The position numbers and the translations under genes are program-made. The notes beneath the pieces are model-generated. The model was not told the DNA's origin. It was given only the letters and a program-made list of their open reading frames with translations, and ran no database searches. A DNA stretch of 64,000 bases, from NCBI GenBank assembly GCA_041601615.1, contig JBFIHX010000011.1, positions 11,375 through 75,374 on the forward strand. The letters run 5' to 3'. The DNA comes from Thermoplasmatota archaeon. Its GTDB lineage: Archaea > Thermoplasmatota > E2 > JACPAO01 > JAHFTW01. Within the stretch, counting starts at the first letter, position 1. Each line of letters begins with the position of its first letter. Shown here in pieces: positions 19,135 to 29,370 of this stretch.

Positions 19135-19196
19135 GTTGGCTGCGACCCTGCGGTTCTACAAAAGGCGCCCGGAGGTGGCGGGCGTCCGCTGGCGTG

Positions 19197-19385
19197 TCAC
19201 AGGAGGCAGGGCTCTCCGAATTCTTCCTCGCAGTAGTCGTTGATGGCGTTGGTGATGGCGCAAAAGAGCCGGCCAAGCGATCCGTCGGGACAAGGAACGG
19301 AGAATTCCGAGTCGAGGGATGTGATTGCGGAGGCCGAGGCGGGCGCTAGTAAGAGGCAGATTGCGATGAGGACGACGTATTTCAT
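19197..19385 (-). CDS. Small secreted Cys-rich peptide (62 aa)
   Basis: Signal MKYVVLIAICLLLAPASASA; mature part has C..C-xx-xNAIN-xx-C..C, similar to the repeats of 21161..21646. Confidence 0.65.
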   Translation of the reverse strand: MKYVVLIAICLLLAPASASAITSLDSEFSVPCPDGSLGRLFCAITNAINDYCEEEFGEPCLL

Positions 19386-19772
19386 CGGTTGTGAATTGCT
19401 GGATGGTGCTTGAGTGTTGCTCGGGAGAAATGGAACAATTTGGCCGATGCGGGCGCGTACGAGGGAACGGGTTCTGGTTGCATGGTGTCCACTTGCGATG
19501 GGTCGTTCCAATGCCGGGTGCCTCGGTTTCTGGTTGGGTATTCCTTCGGATTTGGCTGCTTTCAGCTGCATCCCGGTCGATATGCGGGCCGTTTCCTTGT
19601 TTTCTGCCGTACCCAAGGGCCTCGGAGCCTTGCCTCACAGCTCCATTCAAGTTTTTGCCCATCCTATTGTTGAGTGCGTTGAAGTCAATATTTTATGATT
19701 CGATTTTAGATGATAATTGCCCCAATTTAGCTAGATACATGCAAATTACCACGAATCGTTTAAATCAACCAC

Positions 19773-21068
19773 ATGGTTGAACTTCTGATGGCGTCCTCGC
19801 TTTTCACCACCGGCTCCCGCGGGCTCCGGACTGCCCTGTATTCTGCCCTCGGCCTCCTGATGCTCGTTGCGCTAGCCACCGGCGTCCAAGCCTCGATCAA
19901 CACGGGTGCGTCCGCCCTGGACATCGCCGAATCCATCGAGAGCGTACCCGACTCCGTCGTGGATGCAGAATGGATCGAACGACCACTCAACGGCACGCCG
20001 TCTGCGGTAGCCACCACATTGCTGGCGGACTTCCCCATCAATGGCGAATCGTACGCCATTCTCAGCAACGGCGATGCCTCCGCTGCGGACGAACCGGACC
20101 CCAAGCACCAGGCAAGTAGCGACAACAGCGGCCTGCCCGTTCGCGGCCAATCCGACAAGGACGTGCTCGTGCTGCGCATCGGCATCAACGCCTGCGCCAA
20201 TGGTGTTCTGAGTTTCGACTACCGGTTCTTCAGTGAGGAGTACCCGCGCTGGACGGACGCGCACTTCAACGACACCTTCGTGGCCGAACTGGACGGCACC
20301 TCCTGGACCACCAGCAAAGACGGAACCACTGCGCCCCATGCGTTTGTCATCGAAGCCGTCAACACAGCCGCCTTCACGCCCGGTGCCGCCGCCGGCACGC
20401 CCTACGGGGGAGCGACCATGGTCCACACCGCCTCCACCAGCATCACAGCAGGCGCCCACGACCTCTACTTGTCCATCTACGACATGGGCCGCGCCACCTT
20501 CGACAGCGCCGTCTTCGTGGACAACCTCCAGTTCCCCACCAACTGCGTGGATCCCTGCGAAGGTTCCTCGGAACCGGAATGCTGTGAATCGGACTGCGTG
20601 GATCCCTGCGAAGGTTCCTCGGAACCGGAATGCTGCGAATCCGACTGCGAACCGGACTGCCCGAGCCTGCTCGACCCGTGCGCCAACCCCTGCTCCAATC
20701 CAGCGGCGGTGGGCACGTCCTTCGATTCGATGCCGTTCCCCGTCCCCACAGCCGTAATCGTTGGACTCGAAGCAACCTCCAGTTGTGGACCATGCCCGGC
20801 GTGGCCGCAAACCACCGCCACGAGTGAAACGGACATCCTTGCGCCCACCAGCAGCGGCGATGTGGATGTAGACACCTGCAAACCGGTTCCGTGCAGCGCG
20901 GGCGACCCGCTGCATGCGGCCTACGAAGCGGACCAGAACGGCCCCTGGGTGGGCGTTTGGCTCGGCACCACCTATGTTGGTTCCGTGGGTGTCACGGTTC
21001 CGGATGTAACTTTGCACTTGGTTACGGACCTCTCGACGGACGCAGCTGATTGCGTGCCCTCGACCTAG
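19773..21068 (+). CDS. Secreted protein with choice-of-anchor L-like domain and Cys-rich tail
   Basis: Signal peptide; FDYRFFSEEYP...FNDTF and FDSAVFVDNL motifs; CVDPCEGSSEPECCESD repeats. Start uncertain. Confidence 0.7.
   Translation: MVELLMASSLFTTGSRGLRTALYSALGLLMLVALATGVQASINTGASALDIAESIESVPDSVVDAEWIERPLNGTPSAVATTLLADFPINGESYAILSNGDASAADEPDPKHQASSDNSGLPVRGQSDKDVLVLRIGINACANGVLSFDYRFFSEEYPRWTDAHFNDTFVAELDGTSWTTSKDGTTAPHAFVIEAVNTAAFTPGAAAGTPYGGATMVHTASTSITAGAHDLYLSIYDMGRATFDSAVFVDNLQFPTNCVDPCEGSSEPECCESDCVDPCEGSSEPECCESDCEPDCPSLLDPCANPCSNPAAVGTSFDSMPFPVPTAVIVGLEATSSCGPCPAWPQTTATSETDILAPTSSGDVDVDTCKPVPCSAGDPLHAAYEADQNGPWVGVWLGTTYVGSVGVTVPDVTLHLVTDLSTDAADCVPST
20542..20643 (+). repeat. Intragenic tandem repeat, 2 x 51 bp
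   Basis: ACTGCGTGGATCCCTGCGAAGGTTCCTCGGAACCGGAATGCTGYGAATCSG repeated near-perfectly. Confidence 0.9.
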
Positions 21069-21160
21069 TCAAGGCGCTCGAAGCAGTAGGATGGAGGAGG
21101 TGGATGGCGGACCAGGAAAGTGCGATTCCGTTGACTTGCCTGGCCCGCTTCCATTCCGGC

Positions 21161-21646
21161 CTAGCGGACGCAGGGGTCAGGGAGGTACTTGCGGCCGGCG
21201 TGGCAGACCGCGTTGATGGCGTCGCAGGGCGCGCCCACGCAGTCCACAGCGTTCTCTTCGGCGTCAGCTTGCGCAGCCTCGTCGTTGGCAAGGCAGTCTT
21301 GGCCGATGACCTTGTCGCAGGCGCTGTTGCCGGCGCCCACGGCGGCCGTACAGTAGCGGTACCATGGCTCCACAGTCATGCACTGCACCATGTCGTCCCT
21401 GGCAGCCCCGACGCACTGGCCACCAGCGAGGCGATCGCAGACGCGGTTGATGGCGTCACACACATCACCCATGCATTCAGGTTCAAGGGGTGCCGCACCA
21501 AGGCAGTTGTTTCCGCTCAGGAACTGACACACGGCGTTGATTTGGTCGCAGGGCGGCCCGAAACAGTCGAGCTCGGCGGTGTCTGCGACCACGGCGGTGG
21601 CGGGGGCGATCATGAGCAGGCTTGCAAAGATGAGTAGCGGGTTCAT
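21161..21646 (-). CDS. Secreted Cys-rich repeat protein (4 modules of 4 Cys)
   Basis: Signal peptide, then modules such as DCFGPPCDQINAVCQFLSGNNCLG, ECMGDVCDAINRVCDRLAGGQCVG and DCVGAPCDAINAVCHAGRKYLPDPCV. Confidence 0.75.
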   Translation of the reverse strand: MNPLLIFASLLMIAPATAVVADTAELDCFGPPCDQINAVCQFLSGNNCLGAAPLEPECMGDVCDAINRVCDRLAGGQCVGAARDDMVQCMTVEPWYRYCTAAVGAGNSACDKVIGQDCLANDEAAQADAEENAVDCVGAPCDAINAVCHAGRKYLPDPCVR

Positions 21647-21829
21647 GGGAATCCTCGTGCCCTGGGTGGGCGCAGGGCATCGGACCAGGCAAAACAAGAC
21701 GGTTGCGCGAGGTACCCCGATTAGCTACCAATGCTTCTTCGCCCTCGCGCATCCGGCTGGCGCCCGTGCCCCAAGTCTTACGAACCGGCGCTCTGTGGAA
21801 CCGTTGTGACAGGCCTCCCATCGCTGCCC

Positions 21830-22810
21830 ATGGTCGACGCTGCGGGCGCTGCGAACGCTCCAGATCCCGTGGTTCCCGTCGGCAGCCCCGGCCTCGGCCC
21901 CAGCGGCAAACCACGCCTTCCGGAGTGGTTCAAGGTCAAGGCGCCCGGCGGCGAGTCCTACACGCAAATCAAGATGGCCTTGCGCGAGCGCGGTCTTGCA
22001 ACCGTCTGCGAAGAGGCGCGCTGTCCGAATCTCAGCGAATGCTGGGGTGGCAGCAACGGCCACAAAGGCACCGCGACGGTGATGGTGATGGGCGACACCT
22101 GCACACGCGGCTGCCGATTCTGCTCCGTCCCCACGGGCAAACCGCTGGCATTGGATCCGGAAGAGCCGCGCAAAACCAGCGAGGCCGTGGGGATCATGGA
22201 CGTTGGATATGTGGTCATCACCAGCGTCGACCGAGACGACTTGCCCGACGGAGGTGCCGCTCATTTTGCGGCCGTCATTGCCCAGTGCAAGGCGGACCAC
22301 CCCGACCTCCTCGTGGAAGTGCTCACGCCCGACTTTGAAGGCCAAATCTCGGGGCTCAAGCAGGTGGTGGCGGCGGGCCCAGACGTGGTGGCACACAACA
22401 TCGAGACCGTGCGCCGCCTCAGCCCGCAGATCCGCGACCGCCGCGCCAACTACGACCAGAGCCTCCAGGTCCTTCGCGACTACAAACAAGTGGCGGGGGC
22501 CAAGTACACCAAGACCAGCATCATGCTGGGCCTCGGCGAAACCGAGGAAGAAGTGGTGGAGTGCCTGAGAGATCTTCGAGCCGTGGATGTGGACATTGTC
22601 ACCTTCGGCCAGTACCTTCGACCCACCCAGGAAAAACGTCACTTGCCCGTGCTGGAGTTCGTCCACCCGGACCAATTTGCGCGCTATCAGACCATCGCAG
22701 AGGAAATGGGATTCCTGTACGTTGCAAGCGGGCCGCTCGTGCGCTCCAGCTACAAGGCGGGCGAGTTGTTTTTGGAAGGGCTCATTCGGGGTGCCAATCC
22801 GACTGCCTGA
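21830..22810 (+). CDS. lipA: Lipoyl synthase
   Basis: [31 protein letters not shown] and [11 protein letters not shown]. Confidence 0.96.
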   Translation: MVDAAGAANAPDPVVPVGSPGLGPSGKPRLPEWFKVKAPGGESYTQIKMALRERGLATVCEEARCPNLSECWGGSNGHKGTATVMVMGDTCTRGCRFCSVPTGKPLALDPEEPRKTSEAVGIMDVGYVVITSVDRDDLPDGGAAHFAAVIAQCKADHPDLLVEVLTPDFEGQISGLKQVVAAGPDVVAHNIETVRRLSPQIRDRRANYDQSLQVLRDYKQVAGAKYTKTSIMLGLGETEEEVVECLRDLRAVDVDIVTFGQYLRPTQEKRHLPVLEFVHPDQFARYQTIAEEMGFLYVASGPLVRSSYKAGELFLEGLIRGANPTA

Positions 22811-23000
22811 AAGCAAAGCAGCCCCACCCAATTTCTTGCGGGGTTCCATGCCTCGCATCACTGGCCCGCAATGCCGGTCCCGAGCAACATGGCCAATTAC
22901 ATGGAAAGTGTGATGAAATATTGCTATTTTTCCTCAATTTTACCGCAATTTGTGCCTGTGGCGCAATGCGTTCTTGTAGTCGGAGCGACATGAAGTCAGT

Positions 23001-23216
23001 ATGTCCAAGAGTGGCGAGGGCAAGGGACCTACCTATCGTCAAGTAGGATTGCCCGCAGAGCTTGCAGATGAAATTACAGAGTTGAAGGCACGCCACCCAT
23101 GGTTGGGATTGGGATCTGTCCGGCAATTTGCCCTTGAAGCTTGCCGAGATCGTCTTTTCGAGCTTGAGAAAAAGGCCCAGGAGTACGAAGACCGGGCAAA
23201 GCAGCAAAAGAAATAG
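23001..23216 (+). CDS. Ribbon-helix-helix (CopG-like) DNA-binding protein
   Basis: YRQVGLPAELADEI...LGLGSVRQFALEACR RHH pattern. Confidence 0.7.
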   Translation: MSKSGEGKGPTYRQVGLPAELADEITELKARHPWLGLGSVRQFALEACRDRLFELEKKAQEYEDRAKQQKK

Positions 23217-23317
23217 TTGCGAAGGGGCCCAGGGGCGTTGCATGCCACCTTGCGGTAGTTGGCGATGTAGAGTTGGGTGTTTGGCGATGCTGTTGCAGAC
23301 TCGTTCTGCCAGGGCGG

Positions 23318-23725
23318 CTAGAATTTCATTTGTCTAGGTCTGCCGCCCTCACTAGCCGTAATTGGCCACTTATTCATTTTCCCATGTATGCCTTCCCTAT
23401 TTCTACTAAATATTGCGGAATGCTCTATTTTTGAATCAGCGATAGTTAAATTTAGGTGCTTAATGATTATTTCAGAATATTCTCGGGGAAGTGTGTCTTT
23501 TAGAACCCCAAGCAACACATCATGCCCTAGTTTTGATGTTGCATACAATCCATCCACGGCTAATCCAATTTTTGTAAGCCGAAGTTGCTCAATGATGGCA
23601 TGCCTAGCAAATTCTGAAAGGCTCCTAAACCCTAGTTCCGGGTGTTGTGTTATGATGTGTACGATTTCTTTTGCAAGGTCTGCTGGAAGGCCTGCCTGTC
23701 GAAAGTTGCCGCCGGTTTCACCCAT
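23318..23725 (-). CDS. RHH DNA-binding protein with C-terminal extension
   Basis: FRQAGLPADLAKEI...LGFRSLSEFARHAI, a clear paralog of 23001..23216; GGAGG RBS. Confidence 0.7.
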   Translation of the reverse strand: MGETGGNFRQAGLPADLAKEIVHIITQHPELGFRSLSEFARHAIIEQLRLTKIGLAVDGLYATSKLGHDVLLGVLKDTLPREYSEIIIKHLNLTIADSKIEHSAIFSRNREGIHGKMNKWPITASEGGRPRQMKF

Positions 23726-23784
23726 GGTTGTACCTCCGTTGTCCAGTTTGGGCTTGCGAATTCATGCCATTTCCCATGGAGGAG

Positions 23785-23840
23785 TATGCTAAATTTAAGG
23801 TATTTCCATGATATTTTCATGACTTTGCCATGGCATTTTC
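23785..23840. repeat. 11-bp phased degenerate repeats (CATGnnnTTTN), putative operator array
   Basis: TATGCTAAATT TAAGGTATTTC CATGATATTTT CATGACTTTGC CATGGCATTTT; CATG falls at 23807, 23818 and 23829. Confidence 0.55.
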
Positions 23841-23852
23841 CAAATTACTCCT

Positions 23853-24194
23853 TTAGTCGTGGTTTTCCTTAACTGTATCAATGAGTGGTAGCATAATCAA
23901 ATAGTCATTCATCCTTTTTTCGCCAAGAATCTGATTTAACATATCTATGATAGTATCTTCCCTTGGATTTGCCAATTGAAATTCTTTTTTATTTTCTAGT
24001 TCTTGACATGTTCTGGCAAAATCTTCTATTTTATGGGAAATAAATTCCGAGAACGTTCGATTTCGATAAAAATCATCGGCATTCCTCTCCAACTCCCAGA
24101 GCTTTTTCATGTCATCCGGGAGGTTAATGATGTTCAATTTACTTTCACCACACACCACGGATTGATTAGCAAGGATTTTACTCCTTCGGCTCAA
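23853..24194 (-). CDS. Hypothetical low-GC protein, possibly RHH-like
   Basis: IINLPDDMKKLWE...RTFSEFISHKIE resembles the neighbouring RHH pattern. Confidence 0.5.
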   Translation of the reverse strand: MSRRSKILANQSVVCGESKLNIINLPDDMKKLWELERNADDFYRNRTFSEFISHKIEDFARTCQELENKKEFQLANPREDTIIDMLNQILGEKRMNDYLIMLPLIDTVKENHD

Positions 24195-24359
24195 CGCATT
24201 GATTCTGCCCCAATTGCCCGTGCTTTATATGCAAACTATCGGAGTGTACCCTTCATATCCATAACGTCCTTTCAATGGAACGGAATCCCAGAGTCATCCT
24301 GCATATCTGTGACTAGTGGGGAGGTGATGTTAATGAATCGTGTCCACGGTGAGCTTCCT

Positions 24360-24929
24360 ATGCGCATCGCATCCCTTGCCCTCGCAATTTGCATCCTGGC
24401 CCCCCTCGCCTCGGCCATGGTTGAAGAGGCACCGCCACCCCAGCGCCTACACGCCGAGGCCCTCGACGGAATCAACGTCCAAGTCTCATGGACTGCGTCA
24501 CAAGACGCTGATCCCGTTGGCTACCGCGTCATTGCCCAAGGCCGAGAAATAGCCTACACCACAACGACATCAGTTCTAGCCAAATGGGCGCCTGAATACC
24601 TTGTCACCGCAGTCTACCAAGACGCCGAGGGATTACGCGAAAGTGAACCCGCATCCGTCATGGGCCCCGTGCCCCTGGTAGGCGGCTACTTGTTTGGCGA
24701 CGACGCCCCGGTACGGTTGATGCTCAACCTAGGCCCCGACGATGACGAATACAACCCCCTCTACCGCGCCGCCTGCATCCCCAATCGAGCAGCTACGGAT
24801 TGGGACGACCCGCCGTTTTTGTTTGTTGGATTTACAAGCTCGTGCCAACAGGGACTTTGGTGGACCATTGGTGTAAACGGATGGGTTATAGCAAACGAAG
24901 CAGTCGGCATAGTATACGGAGTCTTCTAA
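24360..24929 (+). CDS. Secreted protein with fibronectin type III-like domain
   Basis: Signal peptide; PPQRL..VQVSWTAS..GYRV..YLVTAVY..ESEPAS. Confidence 0.7.
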   Translation: MRIASLALAICILAPLASAMVEEAPPPQRLHAEALDGINVQVSWTASQDADPVGYRVIAQGREIAYTTTTSVLAKWAPEYLVTAVYQDAEGLRESEPASVMGPVPLVGGYLFGDDAPVRLMLNLGPDDDEYNPLYRAACIPNRAATDWDDPPFLFVGFTSSCQQGLWWTIGVNGWVIANEAVGIVYGVF

Positions 24930-24931
24930 GA

Positions 24932-26638
24932 ATGCGCGTTCTTCAACTCGGACCCCTGGCATTCGCGGTTTTGCTCCTACTTCCTGGAGCACTCGCGGCG
25001 GGCACCGAAGTTGAAGGCCAATTCACAAGCCCCCACATCACGTTTGAAACAGTTACAGCCACCAGCAGTCTTGCGGTGTTCTCTGCCGTCGTTGGCAATG
25101 ATGCTAGCCCAGGCGCAGGCTTTGCAATCCAAGCCAAGGCCCTTCAGCTCGAAATCGACCACACAGACCTAGCCACCGGCCCGCCAACCTACATTCGAGA
25201 TTCACCCGAGGCAATCAAAAGCAGCCACCGGGACGCAACAATCCGAGGCACCGTCAATCGAAACGGAGGCATCTTCTTGGTAGCCCCGTTAACCGCATAC
25301 CCGCCACCACAAGTACAGACCTCCACTGAATGCCTCGAAATCGTCCCTCCGTCGGAGGGCAAAATGGACAGTCTCCCACAAGTTCAGCCCAACCCTGAGA
25401 AACGTCCGTTGGTGGTGGCTTCACTGGATTCGGCGGTTCGAGTCGCGCCGTGTAGTCTCGTGGCAGTGGTATCGATTTCGGGGGCGTTCATGGTGCAGTT
25501 ATGGGAATGGGACGCCCTGCTCCAAGACGCATCGGGCCAACGAACCATTTCCACGGGCTTTCACGCCGACCAAACCGGCGTAACCGGCACCGCCGACGAA
25601 GCATGGATCTTCGTCGAATCCGGCACCATCACCATGCCAGTCGGCGCCGGCACCCTCCTGTACCTCGAAGAAATCCAAGCCACCGCCCAGAAAGCCACCG
25701 CCAAAGAGCCCCAAGGCACGCTTCGCGTCGGCTCCGGGGCCCTCGACCTCCAAGGCAAGGACGTAGAAGTCCAAGGGCGCCTCAAACTCGAAATCCAAGG
25801 CACAGGCGCCAAGGAACCACCCAAAGTCAGCCTTGACGGCCAGGACGCCTTCATAGCGGGCGCTGCGTCCACGAACACGCCCAGATTCGCACCCCCCGCG
25901 GCAACCAATGTTGGCGCGTGGCTAGTGGGTGCAGTGATTGCCGCTGTCCTTGCATCAGGGGGCCTAGTATACCGTGAACGACGGCACCGGGGCCGCGCCG
26001 AAGTCGTGCGGTTGCCGCCCATTTCAACGAGTCGCCGCCACGCCATCCAGCTCTACCGAATCTGGATTACCAATACCGCATTCGATGGCCGTGCCGGCGC
26101 CCGCAACCAACGGGAACAACACCGCTACGGCCTGCTCTTGCAAGGACTCCGAGCCAACCAAGCCGAGGGCATCAGCGATGAGGAAATTGAAGCCATCCAC
26201 GAAGCAGCTTCAAGCCTCTACGAGGATGAGATCATTGCGCAACTTGAGGAAGCAGAAGGCTTCCTGATGCTTGGCAAAACCACGTTTGCCGACGCATCCA
26301 TCAACAGCGCCATCGAGGTCGCAAGCGAAGTCAAAGGCGGCGCCAGTCGCGTCCTCCAGGCGCGTATCCTCATGACCCAGGCCGCGTATTGCGCCATGGA
26401 AGCAGACTACCGAAGCAACGTAGACCCCAAATTCGAAAGGGAATCTCGTGACGAAATCGAACGCCTCGTACTTGCCGCATACAGCCAAGACCCCGACGTT
26501 ACCCGAGCACTCGGAGCCCAACCCGTCTTCGAGAAATTCAACCGCGACGCCTACTTCGCCAACATCATTGGCTACAAACCCCGCACCCCACCAGCTCCCA
26601 AGGACGACTACGCCGACTCCGGCAGCGAATACACGTAG
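24932..26638 (+). CDS. Single-pass membrane protein (extracellular beta domain, cytoplasmic helical/TPR-like domain)
   Basis: Signal peptide, TM helix VGAWLVGAVIAAVLASGGLVY followed by RERRHR, acidic helical C-terminus. Confidence 0.7.
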   Translation: MRVLQLGPLAFAVLLLLPGALAAGTEVEGQFTSPHITFETVTATSSLAVFSAVVGNDASPGAGFAIQAKALQLEIDHTDLATGPPTYIRDSPEAIKSSHRDATIRGTVNRNGGIFLVAPLTAYPPPQVQTSTECLEIVPPSEGKMDSLPQVQPNPEKRPLVVASLDSAVRVAPCSLVAVVSISGAFMVQLWEWDALLQDASGQRTISTGFHADQTGVTGTADEAWIFVESGTITMPVGAGTLLYLEEIQATAQKATAKEPQGTLRVGSGALDLQGKDVEVQGRLKLEIQGTGAKEPPKVSLDGQDAFIAGAASTNTPRFAPPAATNVGAWLVGAVIAAVLASGGLVYRERRHRGRAEVVRLPPISTSRRHAIQLYRIWITNTAFDGRAGARNQREQHRYGLLLQGLRANQAEGISDEEIEAIHEAASSLYEDEIIAQLEEAEGFLMLGKTTFADASINSAIEVASEVKGGASRVLQARILMTQAAYCAMEADYRSNVDPKFERESRDEIERLVLAAYSQDPDVTRALGAQPVFEKFNRDAYFANIIGYKPRTPPAPKDDYADSGSEYT

Positions 26639-26921
26639 TTTTTCGTTCTTAGCTCTCGACACGGGCAGAATTTACAAATCAGTGCGCCTAAGGTCATTTT
26701 GGCCAGCAGGAAATTTGAGTTGACCCATGCAACCAGGGTACTTCCTGCAACGCACGGCACTTGTGTGGCGACCGCCTCGTCCCAGCCCATGCATCGGGCC
26801 AACGGTCCATCCCCCAAATCGAGTCAACGAATGCGAAAATCACGGCGCTGGCGCTGAAGTTGGAATCCAACCGGACAACACCACATTCATATCCTTCCAA
26901 GTACAGGCCCGCTCGACGCGC

Positions 26922-27428
26922 GTGTCCCTCCCCGAGTACCTGCCGTACCTGCAATTCTTTGGCCAAATCGCCCTCATCACAGCCGCGACCATCGCGGGAT
27001 ACCAACTCGTGATGAATCGCCGGGACCGGGCAGAGGCCAATGCGCTTGCCGTGCTGACCTCGCTGCAGTCTCCAGAGTTTCGTCAAGCGTATGCTCTGGT
27101 GTGGACGCTGCCACTGGACGCGACGGCCGAGGACGTGCGCAGCCACGGGCCGGGCATGGAGGAGGCGGTGGAGTGCGTGATGATGACGTTTGAGACCATG
27201 GGAGTCATGGTGCACAATCGCCTCGTGCCCATTGAGCTCGTCGACCAAGTCATTGGCGGCTTTCTGCGCGAATCCTGGCGTCGCACCCGCAACTACCTGC
27301 TGGTTCGTCGTGAAGAAGTAGGCAGCAAGCGCCTGGCGGAGTGGTTCCAGTGGCTCGCAGAGCACTTGGCAGTCAAAACCCGTCGAAGTGTCGGTGCCTA
27401 CGAAGCGTACCGCGAATGGAAACCCTAG
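26922..27428 (+). CDS. Membrane-anchored protein, DUF4760-like
   Basis: N-terminal TM; FETMGVMV...W...R...EWFQWLA pattern. GTG start inferred. Confidence 0.65.
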   Translation: MSLPEYLPYLQFFGQIALITAATIAGYQLVMNRRDRAEANALAVLTSLQSPEFRQAYALVWTLPLDATAEDVRSHGPGMEEAVECVMMTFETMGVMVHNRLVPIELVDQVIGGFLRESWRRTRNYLLVRREEVGSKRLAEWFQWLAEHLAVKTRRSVGAYEAYREWKP

Positions 27429-27494
27429 GGTTCATGCACACTCATTGTTCTCGGGGGGTTTTTTGAATCCAGTACGACTGACTTGTTCGTGCAA

Positions 27495-28994
27495 ATGTGG
27501 ACCCTTGGGCTTGCCCTCCTCTGTTTGTGTGCAGCTCCCGTCGTGGGTGCCCAGTCCTTTGCATTTGGTTCGGTAGTGGGTTCGGGTGATGCCGATGTGC
27601 ACACAACCCTCCAGTTGGCGCCGGACCCGGTATCGCTGTGCCGTGCCAAGGTCGATGATGCTGCATGGGTCGCCGTGTTTGATCACGGGGCGTCTCGCCA
27701 TCCCTCCGTCCATGGCGCAAATGCGGGCGAGTGGTTGGAGATGGGTGACAATTGCATCGGTTGGCCCAGCATCCGATTTCTTGACCTTGATGGCAATTTT
27801 GACATGTCTGCTGATGAGCCGCTCTACATGGATTTGGACGAGAGCTACAATGTGTCCGTCCATGACGTGCGTTTGTCCGGTTCGCCGGGCGTCGTGGCTC
27901 CGGGCGACCCGAACCTCGGTTTTCCCCTCGCCCATTCGTTTCTAGAACCTCAATACGCGGGTTCTGGACCTGATGCACCATTTTCGCCGGGCACGCCCTG
28001 GTATTTTGCTTACGGGTTCGATGTGCAAGAGGGGGACGTACGCATGGGGGGAAGCTACGCCAATGCCAGCACTCCCCCAGCGCCACCCACTTCGCCCTCT
28101 GTTCCTCCGACTCCACCAACGCCTCCGGGGGTGCCGCCTTCGCCAACGCCAACGCCGTCGACGCCGCCAACCCCACCTACCTCGACATCAATTTCGCCAG
28201 CCGGACCCGATGTGCAATCCAATGCGGGGCCGACGGGCCCTTTCAACTTGGACGGCAATGCGGCGTTGTTTGGCGGTGCAATCGGGTTGGGCCTGCTTGC
28301 TCCTCTGCTTGGCCGGGTGAGCCTTCGAGCGGAGACGGGCTTTGCCATAGCGTCGTGGGCCATCCATCTGATGTTGCTGGCGCTTGGAACTTCGGTCAAT
28401 GCGCTTTCGCTGGGCGTATTGGTGTGGAATGGACTTGCGTTCGTGGCGTACCGGGCCGGCCGACGCCGCGCCCCGCGTGGCGTCCAACGGCTTGCAGGAA
28501 CTGTGGGCATCGTGGGCCTCATCGAGGTGCACGCCGACCTCCAGAACCACACTTGGAACCGAGACTTTTGGATGCGCGCCACCAGCGACGAGGAGGAAGG
28601 AGCGGAGGAGCGCGTTTCGTTCATGATTGAGGCCCAACTTGGTGCCTATCGACTGTTTTTCTACCGACGACACCGCGTTCGATTGGAGCCCAGTGTGCGC
28701 GCTGTCGGGGGAGATCCGCCCAAAGTGGCGCAGCTTGGAGTTTCGGCGGGAGCCAGCGGAGACCTTGCGGTGGTGCTGAACCAACAAGTCTTGGCCGACC
28801 ATGGCGTGGTGCTGGTGGAGGCCACGGCGGAAGTGGCATTTGCAACGAGAGCTTGGCGCGTGGCGTTTGCCGCGAAGGGGCTGAACGTGGATGGCACCGT
28901 GGGGGGCGACCAGGTGCAGCACCGCGTCGGACTGGGATTGTTCCAGTGGCCTCGCCCTGAGGTCCCGCACCAAGTCTCGGTCTCGGGCGACTAG
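27495..28994 (+). CDS. Secreted/membrane protein with DxDGN Ca-binding-like motifs, Pro/Thr linker and TM segments
   Basis: Signal peptide; DLDGNFDMSADEPLYMDLDESYNVSVHDVRL; PPTPP linker; several hydrophobic helices. Confidence 0.65.
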   Translation: MWTLGLALLCLCAAPVVGAQSFAFGSVVGSGDADVHTTLQLAPDPVSLCRAKVDDAAWVAVFDHGASRHPSVHGANAGEWLEMGDNCIGWPSIRFLDLDGNFDMSADEPLYMDLDESYNVSVHDVRLSGSPGVVAPGDPNLGFPLAHSFLEPQYAGSGPDAPFSPGTPWYFAYGFDVQEGDVRMGGSYANASTPPAPPTSPSVPPTPPTPPGVPPSPTPTPSTPPTPPTSTSISPAGPDVQSNAGPTGPFNLDGNAALFGGAIGLGLLAPLLGRVSLRAETGFAIASWAIHLMLLALGTSVNALSLGVLVWNGLAFVAYRAGRRRAPRGVQRLAGTVGIVGLIEVHADLQNHTWNRDFWMRATSDEEEGAEERVSFMIEAQLGAYRLFFYRRHRVRLEPSVRAVGGDPPKVAQLGVSAGASGDLAVVLNQQVLADHGVVLVEATAEVAFATRAWRVAFAAKGLNVDGTVGGDQVQHRVGLGLFQWPRPEVPHQVSVSGD

Positions 28995-29314
28995 CTCGTG
29001 GACATTTGCCGCATCAATCCAAAGCGCAGGTTGGTGACCTTCGACCACACTGCCGCGTGAAGCTTTTCTGTGCGTCCGTCGCGGGGCGCAACTTCGTCAA
29101 ACGCTGCTTGCAATTGGGCCATGTCGCGCACTTTGATGGCTAGGTGCCATTCGCCGAGTGCGTCGGGCCCAAAGCCGAGTTTGCGCAGCTCCAGGGTGTG
29201 GCCTTCGACGGTACCGGCCTCCTGCATGTGGGCGATGAATGCCTCGATGACGGCGACGAATTCGGATTGTTTGGTGCCTGGGCGCACATCAAACCAAAGG
29301 TGGTAGCGGTCCAC
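28991..29314 (-). CDS. Conserved small protein (DUF6614-like)
   Basis: YHLWFDV...RKLGFGP..LGEWH...QLQAAFDEV...LHAAVWSKV. Confidence 0.6.
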   Translation of the reverse strand: MDRYHLWFDVRPGTKQSEFVAVIEAFIAHMQEAGTVEGHTLELRKLGFGPDALGEWHLAIKVRDMAQLQAAFDEVAPRDGRTEKLHAAVWSKVTNLRFGLMRQMSTS

Positions 29315-29370
29315 GGCAGGGGCAAGAAAGGAGAAGGAAAAAGGGCTGGTGTTGCTGCGTGAAACATCGA

